This document shows positions 38,991-49,083 of a stretch of 64,000 nucleotides of DNA, piece by piece. Positions within the stretch are counted from its first letter, which is position 1; each line of letters opens with the position of its first letter. Source of the DNA: Trueperaceae bacterium (GTDB lineage Bacteria; Deinococcota; Deinococci; Deinococcales; Trueperaceae); assembly GCA_034521815.1 (NCBI GenBank), contig JAXHLW010000013.1:992001-1056000 (forward strand), read 5' to 3'. The position numbers and the translations under genes were made by a program. Under the pieces are notes generated by a model that saw nothing but the letters and a program-made list of their open reading frames with translations, did not search any database and had not been told where the DNA came from.

Positions 38991-40154
38991 TCAGAGGGGA
39001 CCGTACGCCGCCGGCATGGCGCGCAGTCGTGCGAGAACGTGCGCGAATCGCTCGGCGGCGGCGTCCACCTCGGACTCGGTCGTGGCGGCGCTCAGCGAGA
39101 AGCGAAGACTGGCCCGTGCCGCCTCTCGGGCGAGCCCCATGGCGGTCAGGACGTGGCTGGGCTCGACGCTTCCCGCCGCGCACGCCGAGCCTGCGCTCAC
39201 CTCGACCCCAGCATCGTCCAGCGCCAGCAACAGCGCCTCCCCGTCCACGCCGTCCACACGAACGCTCAGGTGCTTCGGCCCCCGAGGACCGTCGACGTTC
39301 TCGTGAACGCCGCCGTCGCGCGTCAAGGCCCGCGCCAGTCGGTCGCGCAGCGCTGCGGTTCGTTCGGCGTTGACCAGCGCGTCGCGCGCAGCCGCCTCTG
39401 CCGCCGCGCCGAACCCGACGATCGCAGCGACGGCGTGCGACCCCGCTCGTCGGCCTCGCTCCTGCGCGCCTCCGACCGCCTGCGGGACGAGCTCGTGCCC
39501 GTCGCGGACCCACAGGGCGCCCACCCCTTGCGGCCCTCCGATCTTGTGCGACGAAAGCGCCATCAGATCGACGCCCAGCGAGCGAACGTCGATCGGCGCG
39601 TAGCCCAGCGCCTGGACGGCGTCGCAGTGGAACGCAGCGCCGTGCTCCTTGGCGATTCCGGCGAGGGCGGGCACGTCCGCCAGCGCTCCCGTCTCGTTGT
39701 TCGTGTGCATCACGGCGACCAGGCCGGCAGGCGCAGGAAGACCTTCCAACGTTCGCCGCAACGCGTCTGGGCTCGGCGCGCCGGCAGCGCCGGGATCCAG
39801 CATCGTGACGGGTCGCCCCCGCGACGCTTCACGCGACGCCACCTGAAGCACGGCTGCGTGCTCGGCTGCCGACACCAGCAGCGGTGCGTGCGGGGATTTC
39901 GCTTCCAGTGTGCCCAGGATCGCGAGCGCGTCGGCTTCCGTCGCGCCCGAGACGAAGACGATCTCGCCAGGTGCTGCACCGACCGCGGCGGCCAGGCGCT
40001 CCCGCGCGGTCTCGATCGCCGCCCGGGCGCGCTGGCCGCTACGGTGCACGGAGCTGGGATTCGCGGCCACGCCGCCCGACGTCCACGGCGCCATCGCCTC
40101 CCGGGCAGCCTGCCCGACCGGCGTGGTCGCCGCATGATCCAAGTAGATGCGCAT
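38991..40154 (-). CDS. iscS: Cysteine desulfurase (IscS-type)
   Basis: YLDHAATTP, SGATEA, SSHKIGGPQG and SAGSAC. Confidence 0.92.
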   Translation of the reverse strand: MRIYLDHAATTPVGQAAREAMAPWTSGGVAANPSSVHRSGQRARAAIETARERLAAAVGAAPGEIVFVSGATEADALAILGTLEAKSPHAPLLVSAAEHAAVLQVASREASRGRPVTMLDPGAAGAPSPDALRRTLEGLPAPAGLVAVMHTNNETGALADVPALAGIAKEHGAAFHCDAVQALGYAPIDVRSLGVDLMALSSHKIGGPQGVGALWVRDGHELVPQAVGGAQERGRRAGSHAVAAIVGFGAAAEAAARDALVNAERTAALRDRLARALTRDGGVHENVDGPRGPKHLSVRVDGVDGEALLLALDDAGVEVSAGSACAAGSVEPSHVLTAMGLAREAARASLRFSLSAATTESEVDAAAERFAHVLARLRAMPAAYGPL

Positions 40155-40166
40155 GGGCGGCCCCCG

Positions 40167-40616
40167 TCAGGTTCGCAGGGCGAATCCTTCGGGAAGGGGC
40201 TCGATGTTCAGCAGCTGGCGCCCGGCCATGAGGTCGGCCACCGTCGTGCCGCCGAGGACGCGCCGGACCGCCTGGTCCACCTCGCGCCAGAGCGGCTCGG
40301 TGCTGCACGCCCCCACGCGGCCGCAGGTGTCGTCGTCGTCGATGCAGGCGACCGGCGCGACGGAGCCTTCGAGCGCCTCGACGACGTCCAGCGCCGTGAT
40401 CCGGTCGGGGCTCCGCGCCAGTCGGTACCCCCCGCGCGCACCCCGGACGCTCTCGACGAACTCGCCGCGACGCAGAACCGCGAAGATCTGCTCGAGGTAC
40501 TGGTGCGAAAGCTCTTGCCGATCCGCGACGGTCTTCAAGCTGGTCGGGCGGTCCCCGCCGACGGCGATCTCGACGAGGGCGCGCATTCCATACTGTGCCT
40601 TGGTCGAAATCCACAT
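40167..40616 (-). CDS. Rrf2-family regulator (IscR-like, three Cys)
   Basis: STKAQYG, YLEQI, SVRGARGGY and C-x5-C-x5-C. Confidence 0.9.
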   Translation of the reverse strand: MWISTKAQYGMRALVEIAVGGDRPTSLKTVADRQELSHQYLEQIFAVLRRGEFVESVRGARGGYRLARSPDRITALDVVEALEGSVAPVACIDDDDTCGRVGACSTEPLWREVDQAVRRVLGGTTVADLMAGRQLLNIEPLPEGFALRT

Positions 40617-40659
40617 GGCGGGCCTCCTGTCGTCAGGATATCCGTACCCGCCGGGTCGG

Positions 40660-41802
40660 TCAACGCGAGGTGGACGCACCTCGTGCTCGATCGGGCAGGA
40701 CGCCCAGCGGATCGAGCGCCCGACCTGCCTGCCGGACCTCGAAGTGCAGGTGGGGACCGGTCGACGCGCCGGTCGACCCGACCCTCCCCAGCGCCGTGCC
40801 GCGCGACACCCGCTGGCCGGGCTCGACCGCGATGGACGACAGATGCGCGTAGCGGGTCTCGAACCCGTCCGCATGCCCGACGTACACGGCGTACCCGTAG
40901 GCGCCGAACCACCCTGCCCGCAGCACCGTGCCGTCCAGGACCGCCAGGACCGGCGTCCCCGTGGGCGCCCCCAGATCCAGTCCGACGTGGTAGCGGTTCC
41001 CTCCGACCGACACGTTCCTCCAACCGAACCGGCTGGTGATGCGCGGAGCTCCTGCCAGCGGCCAGGCGAAGTCGTCGTCCGGCGGCGTCAACGGTCGACG
41101 CTCCAGGATCTCCGCGAGGCTGGCGAGGGCCGGGATGCGCAGCTCGGCGTGGGACACGGTGGCGGGCGCGATAGGGCTGTCGATCGGGCTACCGACCGAG
41201 ACGTCCAGCGAAGCGTCGACCGCGCCGCCCAGGCCCACAGGCGCCCGGTCGGCGATCGGCACCAGCAGGGGCACGCCCGCCTCGACCGGGTAGGGCGGCT
41301 CCAGGCCGTTGCGCACGGCCAGCGTGCCCGGCGGAACGCCGAGTCGGGCAGCGAAGGCGATCAGGTCCTCCCCGTCCCGGGGCGTCGCCAGAGGCCCCTC
41401 GCCGGGAGGCACGCGCACCTCGGCGCCGCCGGGACGGGTCAGTTGCGGGTTCGCGTCGCGCAGCAGCGTCTCGGGAAGCTCCAGGTCGCGCGCCAGCTCG
41501 GGCCACGAGACGTCGTTCGGCACGGTCCGCCAGCTCCAGCCGGCGGGGCCCGGAAGCTCCAGACGCGTCCCCACACGAAGAACGTCGCCGACCAGCGCGT
41601 TGGTCTCGCGGAGCGCGGTCACGGTCGTGTCGTAGCGAGAGGCCAGCTCGTACAGCGTGTCCCCGGGCTCGACGACGTGCACGCCCCCTTGCCCGAACAC
41701 GGGCCCGGGGGCGATGCAGGCGAGCGCGATCAGCGCGCGGCGAAGCCCGATCCGCACGGCGCGTCGGCCGCGGCGAACGGAGGGGCGGCGACGCCCGGAC
41801 AC
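40660..41802 (-). CDS. LysM-repeat M23 peptidase
   Basis: VEPGDTLYELA (LysM), HVGLD, TRYAHL and STGPHLHFE. Confidence 0.9.
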   Translation of the reverse strand: MSGRRRPSVRRGRRAVRIGLRRALIALACIAPGPVFGQGGVHVVEPGDTLYELASRYDTTVTALRETNALVGDVLRVGTRLELPGPAGWSWRTVPNDVSWPELARDLELPETLLRDANPQLTRPGGAEVRVPPGEGPLATPRDGEDLIAFAARLGVPPGTLAVRNGLEPPYPVEAGVPLLVPIADRAPVGLGGAVDASLDVSVGSPIDSPIAPATVSHAELRIPALASLAEILERRPLTPPDDDFAWPLAGAPRITSRFGWRNVSVGGNRYHVGLDLGAPTGTPVLAVLDGTVLRAGWFGAYGYAVYVGHADGFETRYAHLSSIAVEPGQRVSRGTALGRVGSTGASTGPHLHFEVRQAGRALDPLGVLPDRARGASTSR

Positions 41803-41815
41803 CGGTCCGGTCCGC

Positions 41816-43669
41816 CTAGCCCTGTCCGAGCGTCGAGAGGAACTCCTCGTTCGTCTTCGTACGCGACAGGCGCGACAGCAGCATCTCCATCGCCTCGGCC
41901 GCGTCCATGTCGCTGATCACCTTGCGCAAGAGCCACATCTTGGCCAGCGCGCCCTCCTCGAGGAGCAGGTCCTCGCGGCGTGTGCCCGACTTGAGGATGT
42001 CGATGGCCGGGAAGATGCGGCGCTCCTCGAGGCGACGGCTCAGGTGCAGCTCCATGTTGCCCGTGCCCTTGAACTCCTCGAAGATCACGTCGTCCATGCG
42101 GGAGCCGGTCTCGACCAGCGCGGTGGCCAAGATCGACAGGCTGCCTCCGCCGCGGATGTTGCGGGCCGCGCCCAGGAATCGCTTGGGCCAGTGCAGCGCG
42201 CTCGAGTCCAGGCCGCCCGACAAGGTGCGGCCCGTCGGCGGCGTGACCAGGTTGTTCGCGCGGGCGAGGCGGGTGATCGAGTCCAGCAGGATCATCGCGT
42301 GCCCGCCCTCCTCGACGATGCGACGGGCGCGCTCGTGCACGAACTGGGCGACACGGATGTGGTTCGTGGGCGGCTCGTCGAACGTCGACGCCACCACTTC
42401 GACACCTTGCACCGACTCGCGGAAGTCGGTGACCTCCTCGGGCCGCTCGTCGACGAGCAGCACGATCAGCTTCATGTCGGGCTCGTTCGTGACGACGGAG
42501 TGCGCGATCGCCTTCAGGAGCGTGGTCTTACCGGCCTTGGGCGGCGCCACGATCAGACCGCGCTGGCCGCGACCGATCGGTGCGAGCAGGTCGATCACGC
42601 GCGCCGAGAGCTCGTTGGGCGTCGTCTCGAGTCGGATCCGCGTCTCGGGGAAGGTGGGGATCAGATCGTCGAAGCGCGGCCGCTTCGAGGCGAGGAACGG
42701 ATCGACGCCGTTGACCGCCTCGACCCGGATCAGGGTGCCGTACCGTTCGTTGTTGCGCGGGGGGCGAGCCTTGCCCAGGATCCAGTCCCCGGTCCGCAGA
42801 CGGAACTGCTTGATCAGGCCGGCCGAGACGATCACCTTGCGCGTGTCGTTCTGGAGCAGCGACTCCTGCAGGAAGCCGTAGCCGTCGCTGGAGATCTCCA
42901 GGTAGCCTTGGACCAGCTTCAGGCCCTCCGCCTCCGACAAGCGCTCCAGGATCGCGACGGCGAGATCGTCCTTCTCCATGGCGCGGTACTCCTCGAGCCC
43001 GACCTCCTTGGCGAGGAGATGCAGCTCGGGAACGATCTTGGTCTGCAGATCGCGGTAGTTGACGCGCTGTCCGCCACCACCGCTGCGCGACCGGCGGGAG
43101 CGCTTGCGCTGATTGCCCTTGCTGCCGCCGCGGCCGTCGTCGCCATCCTGATCGTCGTCGCCATCGTCGTCGTCCGAGTCGTCGTCGCGCGATCTCGCGT
43201 CGGCCGCCTCCTCGTCGTCGTCACGGTCGGCCTTGGGCTTGCCTTTGCCGCGCCCTTTGCGCCCCTTGCCGGAGCCGCCTGCAGCGCGCTCGTCCGAGCG
43301 CTCCTGGTCGCTGCCGGCCCCCGCGTCCTGACCGCCGGCCGAGGCATCGTCTCGCGCGGCGCTCTTCGCACCGTCGTCGGCGCCCGACCCGGCAGGCGCG
43401 GGTTCGACGCCCCCGGCTGCGACCGACGTCTCGTCGTGGGTCGCGACCTCGGTCGCAGCATCGGCCTTGCGCTTTCGTCTCGGCTTCGCGGCCGGCTTCT
43501 CCCCATCCCCGGATACCGCCGGGGTGGCGTCGCCGCCGGAGCTCTCGGACGCGACCTTCCTCGGCCGACCGCGACGTTTCGGAGCGGTCTCGACGGTCGC
43601 CTCGGGGGCGTCGTTCGCGTCCGCAGCTTGGGCCGCGTCGGCGTCCTTGTTCTTGGCTCGTGGGCTCAT
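41816..43669 (-). CDS. rho: Transcription termination factor Rho with long N-terminal extension
   Basis: DGYGFL, GRGQRGLIVAPPKAGKT, DERPEEV and FEEFKGTGNMEL; AGGAG RBS before ATG at 43669. Confidence 0.96.
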   Translation of the reverse strand: MSPRAKNKDADAAQAADANDAPEATVETAPKRRGRPRKVASESSGGDATPAVSGDGEKPAAKPRRKRKADAATEVATHDETSVAAGGVEPAPAGSGADDGAKSAARDDASAGGQDAGAGSDQERSDERAAGGSGKGRKGRGKGKPKADRDDDEEAADARSRDDDSDDDDGDDDQDGDDGRGGSKGNQRKRSRRSRSGGGGQRVNYRDLQTKIVPELHLLAKEVGLEEYRAMEKDDLAVAILERLSEAEGLKLVQGYLEISSDGYGFLQESLLQNDTRKVIVSAGLIKQFRLRTGDWILGKARPPRNNERYGTLIRVEAVNGVDPFLASKRPRFDDLIPTFPETRIRLETTPNELSARVIDLLAPIGRGQRGLIVAPPKAGKTTLLKAIAHSVVTNEPDMKLIVLLVDERPEEVTDFRESVQGVEVVASTFDEPPTNHIRVAQFVHERARRIVEEGGHAMILLDSITRLARANNLVTPPTGRTLSGGLDSSALHWPKRFLGAARNIRGGGSLSILATALVETGSRMDDVIFEEFKGTGNMELHLSRRLEERRIFPAIDILKSGTRREDLLLEEGALAKMWLLRKVISDMDAAEAMEMLLSRLSRTKTNEEFLSTLGQG

Positions 43670-43826
43670 GGTGACTCCTGGGGACGCGCCTGCGTCCGGG
43701 CTGCAGGTCGGCTGGGCGGGGTGGCGGCCCGACGGACCGCATGACGTGCGCACCGGACACCTGAGCGCGACGGCGTGCGCAGACGTCGAGCACGCGTTCA
43801 GGTTTTGTCGGGGTCGCACCGGCGTA

Positions 43827-43855
43827 TTGACGCATCACGTACCGGCTGCTAGCGT
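43827..43855 (+). promoter_or_regulatory. Putative promoter for T-box/ileS leader
   Basis: TTGACG-N17-TAGCGT. Confidence 0.5.
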
Positions 43856-43904
43856 CCACTATACGCGCGCTGGCGCAGGCGGTGCAACCGCCGGCGATCC
43901 GCGC

Positions 43905-44210
43905 CGACAGGCGACGACGGGAACGAGTAGGTGGGCAGGCGCCCGACAGCGAGCCGGGGACGGTGGAAGCCCGGCGGTTCGTCCCCACCGAACATCCTCC
44001 CCGAGCCGCTCCCCGAACGCGAACGCCCGATCAGGGACCTCGCCAGTAGACGGAGCCGCGTGGCGCACGTGATCGCGCCGGGTCTTCGCCGCGCCTGCGG
44101 CGGACGACCACGAGGCCTTGGCCGTAGGGGCCCAGGCGCCGCTCGGGTGGTACCACGCTCCACGGGGCGTCCCGACGCGCACGCGTCCGGGCGCCCCGTC
44201 TTCGTGGAGC
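43905..44210 (+). promoter_or_regulatory. Ile T-box riboswitch
   Basis: Stem I with AGTA, AGCGAG and GGTGGAA; specifier ATC at 43994-43996; T-box GGGTGGTACCACG at 44145-44157; antiterminator partner CGTCCC at 44168-44173; upstream of ileS. Confidence 0.9.
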
Positions 44211-44235
44211 CCGGCGCGGAAAGGCGAGGAGCTCC

Positions 44236-47200
44236 ATGTCCGATCCGCTGTTCGACGACGTCCCGGCAAGCCCCGACTTCCCCGCGTTGGAGCGCGGGGT
44301 GATCGATACCTGGCGCGAGCACGACGTGTTCCGTCGCTCGCTCGACAAGCCCGCCCCGCGAGGGCCGTGGGTGTTCTACGAAGGCCCGCCCACCGCCAAC
44401 GGCAAGCCCGGCGTCCACCACGTCATCAGCCGTGCGTTCAAGGACCTCTTCCCCCGCTTCAAGACGATGCAGGGCCATCGCGTCGAGCGAAAAGGCGGCT
44501 GGGACACCCACGGGCTCCCCGTCGAGATCGCGATCGAGAAGCGACTCGGGTTCACCTCGAAGCAGCAGATCGAGGAGTACGGCATCGAGGCGTTCAACGC
44601 GCTCTGCCGCGAGTACGTGTTCGAGAACATCCAGGACTGGAACGCGATGACCGAGCGGATCGGCTACTGGATCGACCTCGACGACCCGTACGTGACGTAC
44701 GACAACGCCTACATCGAGTCGAACTGGTGGGTGTTCAAGGAGCTGTTCGATCGCGGCCTGCTGACCGAGGACTACAAGACCACCTGGCACAGCCCGTCGA
44801 GCAACACCACCCTCGCCAGCCACGAGGTGGCGCTGGGCTACCAGGACGACGTGGAGGATCCCTCGATCTACCCGGCCTTCCCCGCCGACGTGGAGGCGCT
44901 GCGCGAACGTGGACTCGTTCCGCGCGGCGTCGACGTGCCGGTCCTGTTCCTGGCGTGGACGACCACGCCGTGGACCTTGGCCGCGAACTCCGGCCTGGCC
45001 GTCGCGGCGGACGCCGAGTACGCGCTGGTGCTGGCGCCCTCCCGCCACGGGGGCGCCTCGAACGAGGGCGCCTCGAAGAACGCGGCGTTCGTCCTGGCGC
45101 GCGAGCTGGTCGCCACCACGTTCGGGGACGATCCGCACGAGATCGTCACGACCTTCCTCGGCAGCGCGCTGGACGGTGTCCCCTACCAGCCCGTGCTTCG
45201 CGGTCGCGACGACGCGGGCGGGTCCGCCGCGGGCGTCGAGCGCCGCGTCGTCCTCGACCCGATGGTCAGCCTCGAGGACGGAACCGGCATCGTGCATCTC
45301 GCCCCCGCCTACGGCGACCTGGAGCTGGGCAAGACGCACGGTCTGGCGACGCTGTTCAGCGTGTCGCTCACCGGCGAGGTGCTGCCCGAGGTCGCGCCTC
45401 TGGACCACCCCGAGGGCGAGCCCGGGCCGTACGCCGGTCAGTGGTTCAAGGACGCGGACGACCCGATCGCGCGCGACCTGCTGGACCGCGGGCTGATGTA
45501 CCGCCGGACGCGGATCCGCCACGCCTACCCGTTCAACTGGCGGGACGGCAAGCCGCTGATGAACGTCGCGAAGAAGAGCTGGTACATCCGCACGACCGAG
45601 GTCAAGGAGCGACTGCTGGCGAACAACGACCAGGTCCGCTGGGTGCCGGACTCGATCCGCACGGGTCGCTTCGGGAAGTGGCTCGAGAACAACGTCGACT
45701 GGGCCATCAGCCGAGAGCGCTACTGGGGCTGCCCGCTGCCGATCTGGGTGGCGGACGACGGCACCGACCCGGTCTGCGTGGGGTCCGTCGCCGAGCTCGA
45801 GCGCCTCTCGGGCCGCGACCTGAGCGATCTGGAGCTCCACCGGCCGTTCGTCGACGAGGTCACGTTCGAGAAGGACGGCCGTACCTACCGCCGCGTGCCG
45901 TACACCGTGGACGTCTGGTTCGAGTCGGGCGCCATGCCGTACGCCCAGCACCACTTCCTGGGCGACGCCACGGAGCCCGCCGACCGCGAGGCGTTCGAGC
46001 GGGCGTTCCCGGCGGACTACATCTGCGAGGCGATCGATCAGACGAGGGGCTGGTTCTACAGCCTCCACGCGCTCGCGACGCTGCTCTCCGACAGCGGCAC
46101 CGACCAGCGCGCGCCGGGGCCGCTGGCGTACCTGGCGCCCGACACCAGCGCGTTCAAGGCGGCCATCTCGCTCGGCCACATCGTCGACGAAAAGGGCGAG
46201 AAGATGTCGAAGTCCAAGGGGAACGTGATCGACCCGTGGTCGGTGCTGGACGCGCAGGGGGCGGACGCGCTGCGCTGGTACCTGTACGCCGCCAGCCCCC
46301 CCGAGGCGACCAAGCGCTTCAGCGCCGCGCTCGTCGAGGACTCCCAGCGCGACTTCATCATGACGCTCTGGAACGTGTACGGCTTCTTCGTGCTGTACGC
46401 GAACCTCGATCGGCCGGAGCTGTCCCGCCCGTTGGACCCCGCCTCGCGCCCCGCGACCGACCGGTGGCTGGTCTCCAGCGTGCACGCCCTGATCCAGGAC
46501 GTCACCAGGCGCCTCGAGGCGTTCGACGCCACCGGGGCTGCCCGCCGCATCCGGAACTTCGTCGTCGACGACCTGTCGAACTGGTACGTGCGCCGCAACC
46601 GCAAGCGCTTCTGGAAGTCCAGAGACCGCGCTCGACCAGGCCAGTGCCTACCAGGCGCTGTACGAGGCGCTGACCACCGTCGCGAAGCTGATCGCGCCGA
46701 TGGCGCCGTTCCTGGCCGAGGCGCTGCACGAGAACCTGGTCCGCAACGTCGACCGGGCCGCGGCGATCTCGGTCCACCTGGCCGACTGGCCGGCGGCCGA
46801 CCCAGGGCGCATCGACGAACGGCTGATGGACGACATGGCGGCCCTCGTCCGGGTCGTCGAGCTGGGCCGGGCCGCACGGGCGCAGAGCGGCGTGAAGATT
46901 CGCCAGCCGCTTCCCGCGGTCCTGGTCCGGGCGCGCGACGACGCGGAGCTCGCCGGCATCCGCCGACTCGAGGATCAGCTCCTCGACGAGCTGAACGTGA
47001 AGAGCGTGCGTTACCTCGATCCGACCGACGCGTTCGTCGACTACGACGTCAAGCCGAACCTGCCGCTGCTGGGGCGGCGGCTGGGAGCGAAGATCCCGGC
47101 GCTGCGTGCCGCGCTGGCGACGGTCGACGGCCGCGAGATCGCCGCTGCGGTCGGCGAGGGCAGGACGATCACCCTGACGTTGGACGGCGAGCCGCTGGAG

Positions 47201-47599
47201 CTCGAGCCCGAGGCGTTCCTGTTGGACGCGCGCAGTCCCGAGGGCTACGCCGCGGTCGAGGATCGCGGCTACCTCGCGGCGCTGGACGTCACGGTGACGC
47301 CCGAGCTCCGGCGCGAAGGCCTGGCGCGGGACGCCGTCCGCATGCTGCAGAACGCGCGCAAGAACGCCGGGTTCGAGGTGTCCGACCGGATCGAGGCCAC
47401 GTGGGCGTCGGACGATCCGGAGCTCGTCGCGGCGCTGGAGACGCACCGCGACACGGTCGCCGACGAGGTTCTGGCGGTCCGCTTCGAGCGGGGCGACGCG
47501 ACGGCGGCGACGGACGGCTGGCACCGGGAGTCGGGCGATCTGAACGACGACGGCGCGCATCTGACGGTGACGCTGCGGCGATCGGAGGCGACGGCGTGA
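44236..47599 (+). CDS. ileS: Isoleucine--tRNA ligase, type 2; frameshift near 46620-46635
   Basis: YEGPPTANG, GWDTHGLP, WTTTPWT, DWAISRERYWG, DQTRGWFY and KMSKS; C-terminal domain in ORF 46700. Confidence 0.95.
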
Positions 47600-48396
47600 C
47601 CGGGCCCCCCGGCGACGCACCGATCCTCCGCATCCGCGGACTCGTCAAGGACTTCGGCGGGCTGCGCGCGGTGGACCGCTGCGACCTCGACGTGCCGCGC
47701 GGGACCGTCACCGGGTTGATCGGACCGAACGGCGCCGGCAAGACGACGCTCTTCTCGCTCGTCTCCGGCTTCGTGCGCCCCGACGCCGGCACGGTGACGT
47801 TCGACGGCGAGGACGTGACCGGTCTGCCGCCGCACGAGATCTTTCGCAAGGGACTGTGCCGGACCTTCCAGATCCCGCGGGAACACGGCAGCATGACGGT
47901 GCTGGAGAACCTGATGCTGGTTCCCAAAGACCAGATCGGCGAGCGCTTCTGGGGCCCGCTGCTGCGCCCCGGCGCCGTCGCCCGCCAAGAACGCGAGATC
48001 GGCGACCGGGCACGCGAGGTGCTGGCCTTTCTTCGGCTCGAGCATCTCGCCGACGACCACGCCCGCTCGCTGTCGGGCGGCCAGAAGAAGCTGCTCGAGA
48101 TCGCACGGACGCTGATGGCCGAGCCGAAGCTCGTCCTTCTCGACGAGCCCGCCGCCGGCGTGAACCCGGCGCTGATGGAGGACGTCCGCACCCGCATCGA
48201 GGAGCTCCAGAGCGAGCGCGGCATCACCTTCCTGCTGATCGAGCACAACATGAGCCTCGTGATGGACCTGTGCGACCCCGTGGTCGTGATGAACGAGGGC
48301 CGCGACCTCGCCGTCGGCAGCCCCGACGAGGTCCGTCGCGATCCGAAGGTCCTCGATGCCTACCTCGGAGGCGAGCATGCCGATCCTCGAGATTGA
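47596..48396 (+). CDS. Branched-chain amino acid ABC ATPase (LivG-like)
   Basis: GPNGAGKT, RTFQ, LSGGQKK, DEPAAG and AYLG. Confidence 0.92.
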   Translation: MTGPPGDAPILRIRGLVKDFGGLRAVDRCDLDVPRGTVTGLIGPNGAGKTTLFSLVSGFVRPDAGTVTFDGEDVTGLPPHEIFRKGLCRTFQIPREHGSMTVLENLMLVPKDQIGERFWGPLLRPGAVARQEREIGDRAREVLAFLRLEHLADDHARSLSGGQKKLLEIARTLMAEPKLVLLDEPAAGVNPALMEDVRTRIEELQSERGITFLLIEHNMSLVMDLCDPVVVMNEGRDLAVGSPDEVRRDPKVLDAYLGGEHADPRD

Positions 48397-49081
48397 CGGC
48401 GTCACCAGCGGCTACGGCGAGATGGAGGTCCTGCACGACCTCGATCTGCGTGTCGACGAGGGCGAGATCGTCTCCATCGTCGGCCCCAACGGTGCCGGCA
48501 AGTCGACCGCGATGAAGCTGGTGTTCGGACTGCTGAAGCCGTGGACCGGCGCGGTTCGCTTCCGCGGCGAGGACATCTCGGCCGCCGCGCCCGACAGGCT
48601 GGTCCGAAAGGGACTCGCGTACGTCCCGCAGGTGGCGAACGTGTTCCGTGCCCTGACCGTGGAGGAGAACCTGGAGATGGGAGCGTTCACGCTGTCCGGC
48701 CCGTTGGCGCCCCGCAAGCGACGCGTCTACGACCTGTTCCCACGGCTCTACGAGCGGCGCCGCCAGCGCGCCGGCCAGATGTCCGGGGGCGAGCGCCAGA
48801 TGGTGGCGATGGGTCGCGCGCTGATGCTCGAGCCGCAGCTGCTGATGCTCGATGAGCCGTCCGCCGGCCTGGCGCCGATGCTGGTGGACCTGATCTTCGA
48901 AAAGGTGCGCGACGTGAACGCGGAGGGGATCGCAGTGCTGATGGTCGAACAGAACGCCCGCAAGTCGCTGCAGCTGGCCGACAGGGGCTACGTGCTGGCG
49001 AACGGCCGCAACGAGCTCGATGGCCCCGGCGCCGACCTGCTGGACGACCCCGAAGTCGCCCGGCTCTACCTGGGGGGTTGA
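48377..49081 (+). CDS. Branched-chain amino acid ABC ATPase (LivF-like)
   Basis: GPNGAGKS, MSGGERQM, DEPSAGL and VEQN. Confidence 0.92.
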   Translation: MPILEIDGVTSGYGEMEVLHDLDLRVDEGEIVSIVGPNGAGKSTAMKLVFGLLKPWTGAVRFRGEDISAAAPDRLVRKGLAYVPQVANVFRALTVEENLEMGAFTLSGPLAPRKRRVYDLFPRLYERRRQRAGQMSGGERQMVAMGRALMLEPQLLMLDEPSAGLAPMLVDLIFEKVRDVNAEGIAVLMVEQNARKSLQLADRGYVLANGRNELDGPGADLLDDPEVARLYLGG

Positions 49082-49083
49082 GG

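Noticed and set aside
46600-46660. Programmed frameshift in ileS
   Set aside because: No recognisable slippery heptamer, and many similar indels across the window favour sequencing error.
44236-48396. 1386-aa ORF resembling an IleRS-ABC ATPase fusion
   Set aside because: Artefact of the ~46625 frameshift. The real IleRS C-terminus is in ORF 46700-47599 and the linker is off-frame Arg/Gly/Pro junk.
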